A stretch of DNA of 64,000 bases from Mobula hypostoma (lineage: Eukaryota): contig NC_086108.1 of assembly GCF_963921235.1 (NCBI RefSeq), forward strand, positions 558,001-622,000. Reading direction: 5' to 3'. The position numbers and the translations under genes were made by a program. Every line of letters begins with the position of its first letter. Positions within the stretch are counted from its first letter, which is position 1. The notes under the pieces were generated by a model. It had not been told where the DNA came from. It saw only the letters and a list, made by a program, of their open reading frames with translations, and did not search any database. Shown here one piece after another: positions 26,303 to 38,821 of this stretch.

Positions 26303-27917
26303 TTTATGGTCTGTCTCCACCTGTCCATAAATATACTAGTGGAACCTTTCACATGCATACATGCTGGTGGGAAGCTCTTTCTCTACCTGGACATAATTGG
26401 CTTCCACAATTGTTAAAGCCCTTGATGCATAGGCCACAAGTTGCCACGTGTCATCATGCTGCTGCAGTAGTGTTGCTTCCAGGCCATCCCAAAACACATC
26501 AGCTAAGATGCTAGTGAACCTTCCCGGATCGTAACCCTCAGCAGGAACTCTTCAGTTTGACTCTTTTCAGTCTCTGTAAACATTCGTCTTGCTTGTGAGA
26601 CCAAATACCCTTATTTCACTTTTCAAGGAGTAATCGAAATGGTGCTGACACAGTAGGTGGTTGAAGTAAGTCACCATCCCCAGAAAACATCTCACCTCTT
26701 CTTTGTTTTAATGGCTGTTCTCAATGGCTGACATCTTTCTTGGGTCAGGCTTCACTCCCTCTTCCAATATGACATCTCCAATGAAAGACACCAAACTCAC
26801 GTTTCTCTTTATTTAATTTCAAATTGACATTCTATGTCCCATCTAGCACTTTTCTCAGTTGTGTCTCATGTTATTCCTCGGAGAACCCCCAAACGATTAT
26901 GTCATCCATCATGGTCTCAACACCAGGTATGCTGTTAAAGATCGTGTGGATGGTTTTATAATAGACTTCTGGTACAGACAGGATCCAATACAGTACCTGA
27001 AGAAAGCGATATCTTCCCTGTGGTGTGTTAAAAGTACACAAGCTTGCCCCATCAAGCTTCATTCTGCCAAAACCCAGATGATGTATCAAGTTTGCTAAAC
27101 CACTTGGCACTTGCAAAACCAAAACATGATCTCCTCCCATAATGGCAATTTAAAATGTTCTCTCTTGATGGCTTCCTTGAGATGTACGCCCTTGGGTGTA
27201 GACATATCCACAATGCTCCAGTTTTCTTTTGCACAATGAACAGTGAGCTCACCCAATCTTTCGGTTCTTCAATTTCCTGAATGACCTGAATGTTCCATAC
27301 ATGTTGGCTGTTACTTAAGTTTGTCTGTAGGTGCAAACAGAACTTTCCTGTGTGCATGGACAACAGGGGCTACTGTCTCATCTACATGGATTTTGTGTAC
27401 ATTAGGTAAACATCCAAGTACCTCAAAGACATCTGCGTACTCTTCCATAAGTGAAGTGTAGTCATCCTGGTGAAGAGTTTTCGAAGCTACTACGAAAACT
27501 CTTTTCACCAGGTTAAGATTTTCACAGGTACTCAGACCTAATATTGACTGTACTCTCCTTTCTGCAATCAGTAACTGTGCCTTTAGGTACTGCCCCTTGT
27601 GCCTGAAGGTCACTATACAGCCCCCTTTTACTGGAACATTCTTTTCAGTATAGCCTGTCACTTTTATATTCACTTGGTAAACCTTGTTCTTTACTTTGAG
27701 AGTCTTGACCATGGATAACAGATTTACCTGGGCTCTACTGCCAAGCTTGAATGGGATTATTGCCTCATTCACAGTCACTAGAACAACTCATTCTATCATA
27801 GCAGTACCAGCAGTCGGCAGAGAATCTACGAATATTTCGTCCATTTCCTCAGCAAACAAATGCAACCTCCTGTTGGTAGCCCCAGCTTGAGATGAATTTG
27901 AATTGACGAATTGAATT

Positions 27918-28303
27918 GGTAAGAATGGGCTCCCTCACCTCTGCCCCACTGACCCTCAACACAGGTGTCCCTCAGGGCTGTGTACTAAGCCCCCTCCTTT
28001 ACTCTCTGTATACCCATAATTCTGTCACCACCCACAGCTCAATCTGCTAATTAAATTTGCTGATGACATTACACTGATTGGCCTAATCTTAAATAACGAG
28101 GCAGCCTACAGAGAAGCCATCACCCCTGACACAATGGTGTCAAGAAAACAACCTCTCCCTCAATGTCGCAAAAACAAAGGAGCTGGTTGTGGATTACAGG
28201 AGGAATGGAGACAGGCTAACCCCTACTGACATCAATGGATGTGGGATTGAGCTTTAAGTTGGCATGACGGATCTTAACCCTTGGCATTAACATCACTGAG
28301 GAC
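27918..28303 (+). mobile_element. Rex1/Babar-like LINE RT fragment
   Basis: NTGVPQGCVLSPLLYSLYTH, LIKFADD and WCQENNLSLNVAKTKELVVDYRR. Confidence 0.8.
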
Positions 28304-29915
28304 GAGTAGGGATCCCAGAACAGATCCCTGAGGCACACCACTGGTCACTGACCTCCATGCAGAATATGACCCGTCTACAACCACTCTTTGCCTTCTGTGG
28401 GCAAGCCAGTTCTGGATCCACAAAACAATGTCCCCTTGGATCCCATGTCTCCTTACTTTCTCAATAAGCCTTGCATGGGATACCTTATCAAATGCCTTGC
28501 TGAAATCCATATACACTATATCTACAGCTATACCTTCATCAATGTGTTTTGTCACATCCTCAATAAATTCAATCAGGCTCGTAAGGCATGACCTGCCTTT
28601 GACAAAGCCATGCTGACTATTCCTAATCATACTATGCCTCCTCAAATGTTTATAAATCCTGCCTCTCAGGATCTTTTCCATCAACTTACCAACCATTGAA
28701 GTTAGTCTCACTGGTCTATAACTTCCTGGGCTATCTCTACTCCCTTTCTTGAATAAGGGAACAACATCTGCAACCCTCCAATCCTCTGGAACCTCTCCCG
28801 TCCTCATTGATGATGCAAAGATCATCGCCAGAGGCTCAGCAATCTCCTTCCTCGCCTCCCACAGTAGCCTGGGGTATACCTCATCCAGTCCCGGCGACTT
28901 ATCCAACTTGATGCTTTCCAAAAGCTCCAGCAAATCCTGTTTCTTAATATCTACATGCTCAAGCTTTTCAGTCTGCTGCAAGTCATCACTACATTCGCCA
29001 AGATCCTTTACGGTAGTGAATATTGAAGCAAAGCATTCATTAAGTTCCTCTGCTATCTCTTCCGGTTCCATACACACTTTTCCACTGTCACACTTGATTG
29101 GTCCTATTCTCTCACGTCTTATCCTCTTACTCTTCGCATACTTGTAGAATGCCTTGGGGTTTTCCTTAATCCTGTCCATCAAGGCCTTCTCATGGCCCCT
29201 TCTGGCTCTCCTTATTTCATTCTTAAGCTCCTTTCTGATAGCCTTATATATTCTAGATCTCTATCATTGCCTAGTTTTTTGAACCTTTCATAAGCTTTAC
29301 TTTTCTCCTTGACTGGATTTACAACAGCCTTTGTACACCACGGTCCCTGTACCCTACCATCCTTTCCCTGTCTCATTGGAACGTACCTTTGTGGAACTCC
29401 GCGCAAATATCCCCTGAACGTTTGCCACATTTCTTCCATACATTTCTTTGAGAACATCTGTTTCCAATTTATGCTTCCAAGTTCCTGCCTGATGGCCTCA
29501 TATTTCCCCTTAATCCAACTAAATGCTTTTCTAACTTGTTTGTTCCTATCTCTCTCCAATGCAATGGTAAAGGAGATAGAATTGTGATCACTATCTCCAA
29601 AATGCACTCCCACTGAGAGACCTGACACCTGACCAGGTTCATTTCCCAATACCAGATCAAGTACAGCCTCTCCTCTTGTAGGCTTATCTACATATTGTGT
29701 CAGGAAACCTTCCTGAACACACCTGACAAGTTCCACCCCATCTAAACCCCTCACTCTAGGGAGATGCCAATTGATATTTGGGAAATTGAAATCTCCCACC
29801 ACAAAAACCCTGTTATTATTACACCTTTGCGGAATCTGTCTCCCTATCTGCCCTCGATGTCCCAGTTATTATTGGGTGGTCTATAAAAAACACCCAGTAG
29901 AGTTATTGACCCCTT
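28304..29915 (-). mobile_element. CR1 LINE internal fragment (APE C-terminus to RT PQG motif)
   Basis: VGDFNFPNINW, LDLVLGNEPG, FGDSDHN, KSPGLD, QHGFVKGRSCLT, YMDFSKAFDKV and [10 protein letters not shown]. Confidence 0.93.
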
Positions 29916-30678
29916 TTTGGCAAGGTGACGGGAGAGATTGATGATGATCGGCAGTGAATGTTGTCCACATGAATTTTAGTAAGAGGTTTGACGAAGTCCC
30001 TCATAGGAGACTAATACAGAAGGAGCATGGAACCCGCGGTGGGTTGGCTGTTTGATTCAGAGCTGGCTTGCACATAGAAGACAGAGGGTACTGGTTGGAG
30101 GGACTTATTCAAGCTGGGTGTCTGTAATTAGTGGAGTTCCACAGGGATCTGTGCTGGAACCTCTGCTGTTTGTGACATACATAAAAGACCTGGATGAAAT
30201 GTAAACGGACGGGTTAGTAAATTTGCAGATGATATCAAGATTGGTGGAGTTGTGGATAGTGGAGAAGACTGGCAAAGAATACAAGAAGATATAGATCAGT
30301 TGTAGGTATGGGATGAGAAATGACAGATAAGAGTTTAACCCGGATAAATGTGAGGTGTTGCACCTCAGCTAGGCAAATGTGAGGAGACAGTACACTATTC
30401 AGGGCAAGGTCCTTATCAGTGTTGCTGAGCAGAGAGATCTTGGGATCCAAGTTCATAGCTCCTTGAAAGTGGCTACACAGGTCAATAAGGTGGTTAAAAA
30501 GGCTTGTGGAATGCTTGCTTAACTAGTTGAAGCATTAGGCTCAAAAGTCAGGAGGTTACGTTGCAACTTTATAAAATGCTGGTTAGGCCACATCTGGAGT
30601 ATAGCACACTGTTCTGGTCACCCCATATAGGAAGGGTGTTGAGGCTAGGGAGAAGGTGCAAAAGAGGTTTCCCAGGAT
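29916..30678 (+). mobile_element. Old CR1 fragment; host of the 30679-34612 insertion, resumes at 34613-35715
   Basis: Degenerate [13 protein letters not shown] and VRPHLEY. ...AAGAGGTTTCCCAGGAT continues as ...GCTGCCTGGTTTAGAG at about 34617. Confidence 0.85.
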
Positions 30679-33600
30679 AGAACATAGAACATAGAATAGT
30701 ACAGCACAGTACAGGCCCTTCGGCCTACATCGTTGTGCTGACCCTCAAACCCTGCCTCCCATATAACCACCCCCCCACCTTAAATTCCTCCATATACCTG
30801 TCTAGTAGTATCTTAAACTTCACGAGTGTATCTGCCTCCACCACTGACTCAGGCAGTGCATTCCACGCACCAACCACTCTCTGAGTAAAAATCCTTCCTC
30901 TAATATCCCCCTTGAACTTCCCACCCCTTACCTTAAAGACATGTCCTCTTGTATTGAGCAGTGGTGCCCTCGGGAAGAGGTGCTGGCTATCCACTCTATC
31001 TATTCCACTTAATATCTTGTATACCTCTATCATGTCTCCTCTCATTCTCCTTCTCTGCAAAGAGTAAAGCCCTAGCTCCCTTAATCTCTGATCATAATGC
31101 ATGCTTTCTAAACCAGGCAGAATCCTGGTAAATCTCCTCTGTACCCTTTCCAATGCTTCCACATCCTTCCTATAGTGAGGTGACCAGAACTGGACACAGT
31201 ACTCCGTGTGGCCTAACCACAGTTTTATAGAGCTGCATCATTACATCGCAACTCTTAAACTCTATCCCTCGACTTATGAAAGCTAACACCCCACAAGCTT
31301 TCTTAACTACCCTATCTACCTGTGAGGCAACTTTCAGGGATCTGTGGACATGTACCCCCAGATCCCTCTGCTCCTCCACACTACCAAGTATCCTGCCATT
31401 TACTTTGTACTCTGCCTTGGAGTTTGTCCTTCCAAAGTGTACCACCTCACACTTCTCTGGGTTGAACTCCATCTGCCACTTCGCAGCCCACTTCTGCATC
31501 CTATCAATGTCTCTCTGCAATCCTTGACAATCCTCTACACTATCTACAACACCACCAACCTTTGTGTCGTCTGAAAACTTGCCAACCCACCTTTCTACCC
31601 CCACATCCAGGTCGTTAATAAAAATCACGAAAAGTAGAGGTCCCAGAACAGATCCTTGTGGGACACCACTAGTCACAATCCTCCAATCTGAATGTACTCC
31701 CTCCACCGCCACCCTCTGCCTTCTGCAGGCAAGCCAATTCTGAATCCACCTGGCCAAACTTCCCTGGATCCCATGACTTCTAATTTTCCGAATAAGCCTA
31801 CCGTGTGGAACCTTGTCAAATGCCTTACTAAAATCCATATAGATCACATCCACTGCACTACCCTCATCTATATGCCTGGTCACCTCCTCAAAGAACTCTA
31901 TCAGGCTTGTTAGACACGATCTGCCCTTCACAAAGCCATGCTGACTGTCCCTGATCAGACCATGATTCTCTACATGCCTATAGATCCTATCTCTAAGAAT
32001 CTTTTCCAACAGCTTTCCCACCACAGACGTAAGGCTCACTGATCTATAATTACCCGGACTAACCCTACTACCTTTTTTGAACAAGGGAACAACATTCGCC
32101 TCCCTCCAATCCTCCGGTACCATTCCCGTGGACAACGAGGACGTAAAGATCCTAGCCAGAGGCTCAGCAATATCTTCTCTCGTCTCGTGGAGCAGCCTGG
32201 CGAATATTCCATCAGGCCCCGGGGACTTATCTGTCCTAATGTATTTTAACAACTCCAACACCTCCTCCCCCTTGATATCAACGTGCTCCAGAACATCAAC
32301 CTCACTCATATTGTCCTCACCGTCATCAAGTTCCTTCTCATTGGTGAATACCGAAGAGAAGTATTCATTGAGGACCTCGCTCACTTCCACAGCCTCCAGG
32401 CACATCTTCCCACCTTTATCTCTAATCGGTCCTACCTTCAGTCCTGTCATCCTTTTTTCTTCACATAACTTTACCCTACTCGCCAAGGCCTTCTCATGCC
32501 CCCTTCTTGCTCTTCTCAGCCCCTTCTAAAGCTCCTTTCTTGCTTCCCTATATTCTTCAATAGACCCATCTGATCTTTGCTTCCTAAACCTCATGTATGC
32601 TGCCTTCTTCCACCTGACTAGATTTTCCACCTCACTTGTCACCCATGGTTCCTTCACCCTACCGTTCTTTATCTTCCTCACCGGGACAAATTTATCCCTT
32701 ACATCCCGCAAGAGATCTCTAAACATCGACCACATGTCCATAGAACATTTCCCTGCAAAAACATCATCCCAATTCACACCCGCAAGTTCTAGCCTTATAG
32801 CCTCATAATTTGCCTTTCCCCAATTAAAAATTTTCCTGTCCTCTTTGATTCTATCCTTTTCCATGATAATTATAAAGGCCAGGGAGCGGTGGTCACTGTC
32901 CTGCAGATGCTCACCCACTGAGAGATCTGTGACCTGACCTGGTTCATTACCTAGTACTAGATCTAGTATGGCATTCTCCCTGGTCAGCCTGTCCACATAC
33001 TATGACAGGAATCCATCCTGGACACACTTAACAAACTCTGCCCCATCTAAACCCTTGGAACTAATCAGGTGCCAATCAATATTAGGAAAGTTAAAGTCAC
33101 CCATGATAACGACCCTGTTATTTTTGCACGTTTCCAAAATCTGCCTCCCAATCTACTCCTCTGTATCTCTGCTGCTACCAGGGGGCCTATAGAATACCCC
33201 CAGTAGAGTAACTGCTCCCTTCCTGTTCCTGACTTCCACCCATATTGACTCAAAAGAGGATCCTACTACATTACCCACCCTTTCTGTAGCTGTAATAGTA
33301 TCCCTGACCGGTAATGCCACCCCTCCTCCCCTTTTTCCTCCCTCTCTATCCCTTTTAAAGCACTGAAATCCAGGAATATTGAGAATCCATTCCTGCCCTG
33401 GTGCCAGCCAAGTCTCTGTAATGGCCACTACATCATAATTCCATGTAAGTATCCAAGCTCTCAGTTCATCACCTTTGTTCCTAAAGCTTCTTGCATTGAG
33501 GTACACACATTTCAGCCCTTCTACCTTACTGTCTTTACACCGTTTATTCTGCTTCTCTTTCCTCAAAGCCTCTCTGTATGTTAGATCTGGCTTTACTCCA

Positions 33601-34612
33601 TGCACTTCTTTCACTGCTCTAATTCTCTGGGTCCCATCCCCCTCGCAAATTAGTTTAAACCCTCCCGAACCATGCTAGCAAACCTACCTGCAAGGATATT
33701 GCTCCCCCTCGAGTTCAGGTGCAACCCATCCAATCTGTACAGGTCCCACCCTCCCCAGAAGAGATCCCAATGATCTAAAAATCTAAAACCCTGCTCCCTG
33801 CACCAACTCCTCAGCCACGCATTCAACTGCCATCTCCTCCAATTCTTACCATCTCTGTCACCTAGCACTGGCAGCAATCCTGAGAACGTCACCCTTGAGG
33901 TCCTGTTCTTCAGCCTTCTGCTTAATTCCCGAATCTCACACTTCAGGACCTCATCCTTCTTCCTGCCTATGTCGTTGGTCCCAACATGTATCACGACTTC
34001 TGGTTGCTTTCCCTCACGTACCAGGATGTCGTGCACCCGGTCAGAGACATCCCGGACCCTGGCACCCGGGAGGCAACAAACCATGTGGGTGTCCTTCTCA
34101 CGTCCACAAAATCTCCTGTCTGCTCCCCTGACTATAGAATCTCCAATGACGATAGCTCTCCTCTTCTCCACCCCAGCCTTCTGCACCACTGGGTCAGACT
34201 CAGTGCCGGAGGCCCTGCCACCGTGGCTCACACCTGGTCGGTCGTCCCCGCCAACAGTATCCAGTACGGTAAACTTATTATTCAGGGGAATGGCTACAGG
34301 GGTGCTCTGCACTACCTGTCTGCTCACCTTTGCTTTCCCCCCTCTGACTGTCACCCAACAACCTGCTTCCGACAGCCTAGGTGTGACTACCTCCCTGTAG
34401 CTCTCATCTATGACTGCCTCATTCTCCCTTATGAGTCGAAGGTCATCCAGCTGCTGCTCCAGATTCCTTACACGGTCTTCCAGATCGCCCAGCCATATGC
34501 ACTTCTGGCAGATGTGACTCTGCAGGAGAGGGGCGTTCCCCCAAGACTGCCACATCTCACATAAGAGGCACATCACCGTCTCAGGAGACATTGTAAAAAC
34601 TAACTGGGAGCT
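30679..34612 (-). mobile_element. Near full-length CR1 LINE: intact ORF1 and a disabled ORF2 (APE plus RT)
   Basis: ORF2 motifs YLNARS, AITETWL, YRPP, SDH, DFSKAFD, PQGSVLGP and FSDD. Stops at 33153 and 32526, a small deletion near 32470 and a frameshift near 31205. Tail (TTCTATG)n. Confidence 0.96.
33650..34591 (-). CDS. CR1 ORF1 protein (Cys motif, coiled coil, SGNH/GDSL esterase-like domain), 313 aa
   Basis: CLLC...CQKC and heptad LEDRVRNLEQQLDDL, then SGNH blocks GDSIVRG, CLPGA, IHVGTND and DGLHLN. The frame is uninterrupted. Confidence 0.9.
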   Translation of the reverse strand: MSPETVMCLLCEMWQSWGNAPLLQSHICQKCIWLGDLEDRVRNLEQQLDDLRLIRENEAVIDESYREVVTPRLSEAGCWVTVRGGKAKVSRQVVQSTPVAIPLNNKFTVLDTVGGDDRPGVSHGGRASGTESDPVVQKAGVEKRRAIVIGDSIVRGADRRFCGREKDTHMVCCLPGARVRDVSDRVHDILVREGKQPEVVIHVGTNDIGRKKDEVLKCEIRELSRRLKNRTSRVTFSGLLPVLGDRDGKNWRRWQLNAWLRSWCREQGFRFLDHWDLFWGGWDLYRLDGLHLNSRGSNILAGRFASMVREGLN

Positions 34613-34919
34613 GGTTGCTGCCTGGTTTAGAGAGTGTGTGCTATCACAAGAGGCTGGATAAACTTGGGTTGTTTTCTCTGGAGTGTCGGAGGCTGAGGGG
34701 AGATCTGATAGAGGTTTACAAGATTATGACAGGCAGATCAGTGGATGGAGTGTATCTGTTTCCCAGGGTAGAAATGTCTAATACCAGAGGGCATGCATCG
34801 AAGGTGAGAGGGGTAGATTCAAGTGGGGTGGGAGGGGTAAGTTTTTTTACTCACACGGTCGTGGATGCTCGGAATGCGCTGCCTGGTACGGTGGTAGAGG
34901 CAGATACAATGGAGGCTTT

Positions 34920-35575
34920 AGATTATGAGAGCACTCAGTCCTCTTTTATTGTCATTTAGAAATGCATACATGCATTAAGAAATGACACAATGTTTCTCCA
35001 GAGTGATATCACGGAAAAAAGGACAGACCAAAGACTAACATTGACAGAACCGCATAATGATAACATATAGTTACAGCTGTGCAAAGCAATACCATAATTT
35101 GATGAAGAACAGACCATGGGCACAGTAAAAAAAAGTCTCAAAGTCCCGAGTCGATTGACTCCTGAGTCCCCGATAGCAGGCGGCAAAAGGGAGAAACTCC
35201 CTGCCATAAACCTCCAGGCACCGTCAACTTGCCGATGCCTTGGAAGCAGCCGACCACAGCCGACACTGAGTCCATCCGTCCGAAAACTTGGAGCTTCCGA
35301 CCAGCCTCCTGAGCGCCTTCGACCTCTCCCCGGCTGCTGAAACACACAAAGCCGAGGATTTCGGGGCCTTCAGCTCCGGAGATTCTGGTTACCACACAGT
35401 AGCAGCGGCAGCAAAGCGGGCATTTCAGAAGTTTTCCAGATGTTCCACTGTGCTCTCACGTCTGTCTCCATCAAATCATGATTGTGCACGGTCCCCTACT
35501 TGACAGATAACAGAAATTCATCACCGAAGTGGCCGCGCGTGCTACCGTCACGTCGCCATCTTCTCTCCCCTCCCG
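34920..35575 (-). mobile_element. Non-coding non-LTR-type element with AAGATGGCG 5' motif, inserted in a CR1 3' region
   Basis: Minus strand begins GGAGGGGAGAGAAGATGGCGACGTG, is CpG-rich, and has AATAAAAG near its 3' end. The flanking CR1 sequence is contiguous across it. Confidence 0.65.
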
Positions 35576-36116
35576 GGGGGAGACTTTTGCAGACACACGT
35601 GGATATTAGAAAGATGGAGGGATATAGACATGGTGTAGGTAGGAGAGATTAATGTTTTTTGATTTGCTTTTCAGTTGGTTTGGCACAACATTGTGGGCCA
35701 AATGACCTGTTATTGTGCTGTACTCAATTATATGTGCGCTGGACAGTGCGGCTTGAAAGGACCACGCTGTACCGCTGAATAAATAAATAAATAAATAAAA
35801 TTAAATTAGCTGATGTTCTTGGTGTTTCCTGGGATCAGCCTCTGCCTGTGCAGCACTTTAAAACGCTGATTATAACCCTGGCTGAGAGCTGGTTCTGGCT
35901 CATGATCACCATCTAGTGACCACTGCTAAAAAATCGAAATCAGCATCTGCCTGGGTTGGTGAGAATAATAAAAGGGGCAGGTGCAGGCCATTCAGATCCT
36001 CTATAGTAGGTGTACCTCAACTATGCCTTCTCCTTATCCCTCAGTTGTTATAATTAACAAAAAAATCTGGTAAATTTAATTAAATTTGCAATTTGGTTTT
36101 TTGTTGTCATATTTAG

Positions 36117-36318
36117 GTGACGGGGTGGAGCTACGCCTCTACCCAAGGAGGTGTAAGGCACTCCTTCCCTCCGCTAGCCTGCAGGTCTCCCTTGGGCAAG
36201 GTGTAGCACCTGCTAGCCTTCCTCCCCACCCTTCCCCAAGTCAGGGTCAGGTGAAGGTGGTGGATGGTCATATGAGACCATGATCACCTGCTTCATACAG
36301 CCTGGCACATAACGAATT
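36117..36318 (+). mobile_element. Internally deleted copy of the RTE-derived element at 41895-42269
   Basis: Shares CCTCCGCTAGCCTGCAGGTC...TTGGGCAAGGTGTAGCACC, GGTGGTGGATGG and the 3' end with that element. Confidence 0.7.
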
Positions 36319-36324
36319 GGTACA

Positions 36325-37100
36325 GTTATTGGCATTGATTCATTCTGGTCATGTATACTGAGATACAGTTAGAAGCTTGTCTTGCAGACTGTTCATACAG
36401 TCAGATCATTACACAATGCACTGAGGTAGATCAAGGTAAAACAGTAACAGAATGCAGAATGAAGTGTACCGGCTACAGAGAAAGGGCAGAACAGGTAAAC
36501 AATAAAGTGAAAAATCGTAATGAGGTAGATTGTAAATCCAGGAGTCCATCTTATCGTACAAGAATCAGAACTGGGTTTAATATCACCAGCATATGTCACA
36601 AAATTGGTTCACTTTGCAGCAGCAGTAGAATGCAATACATAATAGAGAGAAAATAACTGTGAATTGCAGTAAGTATATGTATATTAAATAGTTAAGTTAG
36701 ATAAGTAGTGCAAAAAAATAGAAATAATGACCGAGCGAGGTAGTGTTCATGGGTTCAGTGTCCATTCAGAAATGGGATGGCAGAGGGGAAGAAGCTGTTC
36801 CTGAATCATTGAGTGACTGTCTTCAGGCTCCTGCACCTCCTCCCTGACGGTAGCAATGAGAACAAGGCAGGTCATTGGTGATGGGGGTCCTTAATGATGG
36901 ATGCCGTCTTTCTGAGGTATTGCTCCTTGACGTTGTCCTGGATACTACGGAGGCTGGTGCCCACGATGGAGCATGGATGTCTGTTAAAGAGTTCTTCAGC
37001 CTGGCCATACATGTTTTTGTATCCTCTGCCCAATGGGAGCGGGGAGGGGAGAAGAGACAATGTACAGGATGGGCTGGCTGCTTTACTGAAGCAGTGAGAA
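36325..37100 (-). mobile_element. Nested Rex1/Babar-like LINE 3' fragments
   Basis: YLRKTASIIKDPHH and LPSGRRCRSLKT...FRNSFFP, plus several tail sequences. Confidence 0.7.
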
Positions 37101-37435
37101 GTGTAGACAAATTACCGGCACTGTAGAGCTTTGCACTAACTGCTGAGCTACTATGCAAAACTTTCTCTGATATCCCAACACATCCTAACATGAATAAAAT
37201 TGAGTCCTGTAAAATTCTAAAGCTCCACATACAGCCTGGCTCAGTAAATGTTGCACGGACCTCTATAGACTGAGTTTAGCAGCCTCGTGATTACTCAATT
37301 AAATGTCTGCACATTTTTAAGTTAATATTATTTTTTTACATTTTATTTTTAACAAACACTAATTTCTTTCAAGTATTATTAGAACATTAGTTTTCAAACA
37401 CTGAAACAGCTCCACACCAGCTACCACAAGCAGGA

Positions 37436-37892
37436 CATTCCATTCCTGTTCCCATCCCCATCGCCATTCCCATTCCTGCTCCCATCCCCATCCCCATCGC
37501 CATTCCCATTCCTGTTCCCATTCCCATCACCATTCCCATTCCTATTCCCATTCCATCACCATTCCCATTCCTGTTCCCATCCCCATCGCCACTCCCATGC
37601 CCTTTCCCATTCCCTTTCCCATTCCCTTTCCTATTCCCATTGCCATTCCCATTCCTGCTCCCATCACCATTCCCATTCCTGTTCCCATTCCCATCACCAT
37701 TCCCATTCCTATTCCCATTCCATCACCATTCCCATTCCTGTTCCCATCCCCATCGCCACTCCCATGCCCTTTCCCATTCCCTTTCCCATTCCCATTCCTG
37801 TTCCCATCCCCATCGCCATTCCCATTCCTATTCCCATTGTCATTCCCATTCCTGTTCCCATCCCCATCGCCAGTCCCCTGCCCTTTTCCATT
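37436..37892. repeat. Compound (CCCATT)n-based hexamer repeat with duplicated blocks
   Basis: Units CCCATT, CCTGTT, CCCATC, GCCATT and CCCTTT. The block near 37500-37625 is repeated near 37678-37795. Confidence 0.95.
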
Positions 37893-38393
37893 CCAACGTG
37901 TTGGTCTATGGACTTCTCCTGTACCGTGATGAGGCCACCTTCAAGGTGGAGGAGCAACACCTTATATTCCATCTGGGTAGACTCCAACCTGATGGCATGA
38001 ATATTGACTTCTCCTTCCAGTAAAAAAAATTCCCTTCCCCCTTCCTCTATTCCCCACTCTGACCTTTCACTTTTTCTCACCTACCTATTACCTCCCCACT
38101 TCCTCCTCCCCCGGATCCCCTCCTCCTTCCCTCTCTCTCAACTTCCACACTCCTCTCCTATCAGATTCTTTCCTCTCCAGCCCTTTACCTTTCCCACCCA
38201 CCTGGCTTCACATCGCCTTCCAGCTATCCTCCTTCACCTCTCCCCCACCCCCCAACACTTCTTTATTCTGGCATCTTCTCCCTTCCTTCTCAGATCTGAA
38301 GAAGTGCCTTGGCCTGAAAGATCAACTATTTACTCTTTTCCATAGATGCTGCCTGACCTGCTGAGTTCCTCCACCATTCTGGGTGTGTTGCTT
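37888..38393 (+). mobile_element. Penelope-like element 3' fragment
   Basis: HSNVLVYGLL...EATFKVEEQHLIFHLGRLQPDGMNIDFSFQ*, degenerate hammerhead at 38291-38327, and terminal GATGCTGCCTGACCTGCTGAGTTCCTCC. Confidence 0.85.
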
Positions 38394-38821
38394 AAAACAC
38401 TTAAATGAAATTAGAAAAGAATAGAAGAAACCAAAATAATTACGTATAGTATGACATTTTGGTCTCTGCACTGTGTGTGTGATATATGTCGAATGGGTTC
38501 ACCATGGTTCAGAGGAACATCATTTTGTTTAGTAGTATATATGTACAGACAGACAACATTAAACTTAAATCATAAAATAACAGGGCAAAAGAATCATTTA
38601 ATAGAGTAATCCTGCTAAATTTATTTCATTGATCTATCACAGTTACGTATTATTATATTATGGATTTATTGAGTATGTCTGCAAGAAAATGAATCTCATG
38701 TTTGTATATGGTGACCTATATGCACTCTGATAATAAAGCTGATACGAACTTCTGAACTTGTGTGTGCTGCTCTGGATTTCCGGCAGCGACAGAACCTCAT
38801 GTGATTTCTTGACCCACTTAG

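Larger units (their letters stand above)
23895..27890 (-). mobile_element. Degenerate Ty3/Gypsy LTR retrotransposon (PR-RT-RH-IN, PPT, 3' LTR)
   Basis: Protease FKLGSRAQVNLL; RT FSKLDTSSGFWQ and MMDDIIVWG; RH VETDHK...CPIRIERMLIRLQKYD; IN YWPRM...CEIC, VSDNGPQF and TSSPHHPKSN. PPT AAAAGGGGGGAAGA (24127-24140) is followed by the LTR's TG at 24126. AATAAA lies within the LTR. Confidence 0.92.

Noticed and set aside
36117..36230. HDV-like ribozyme in the RTE-derived leader
   Set aside because: The candidate P3 loop is only 4 nt and no P1.1 pairing could be assigned by eye.
37597..38080. Pro/Ile-, His/Ser- or Gly/Met-rich ORFs
   Set aside because: They are translations of the CCCATT simple repeat.
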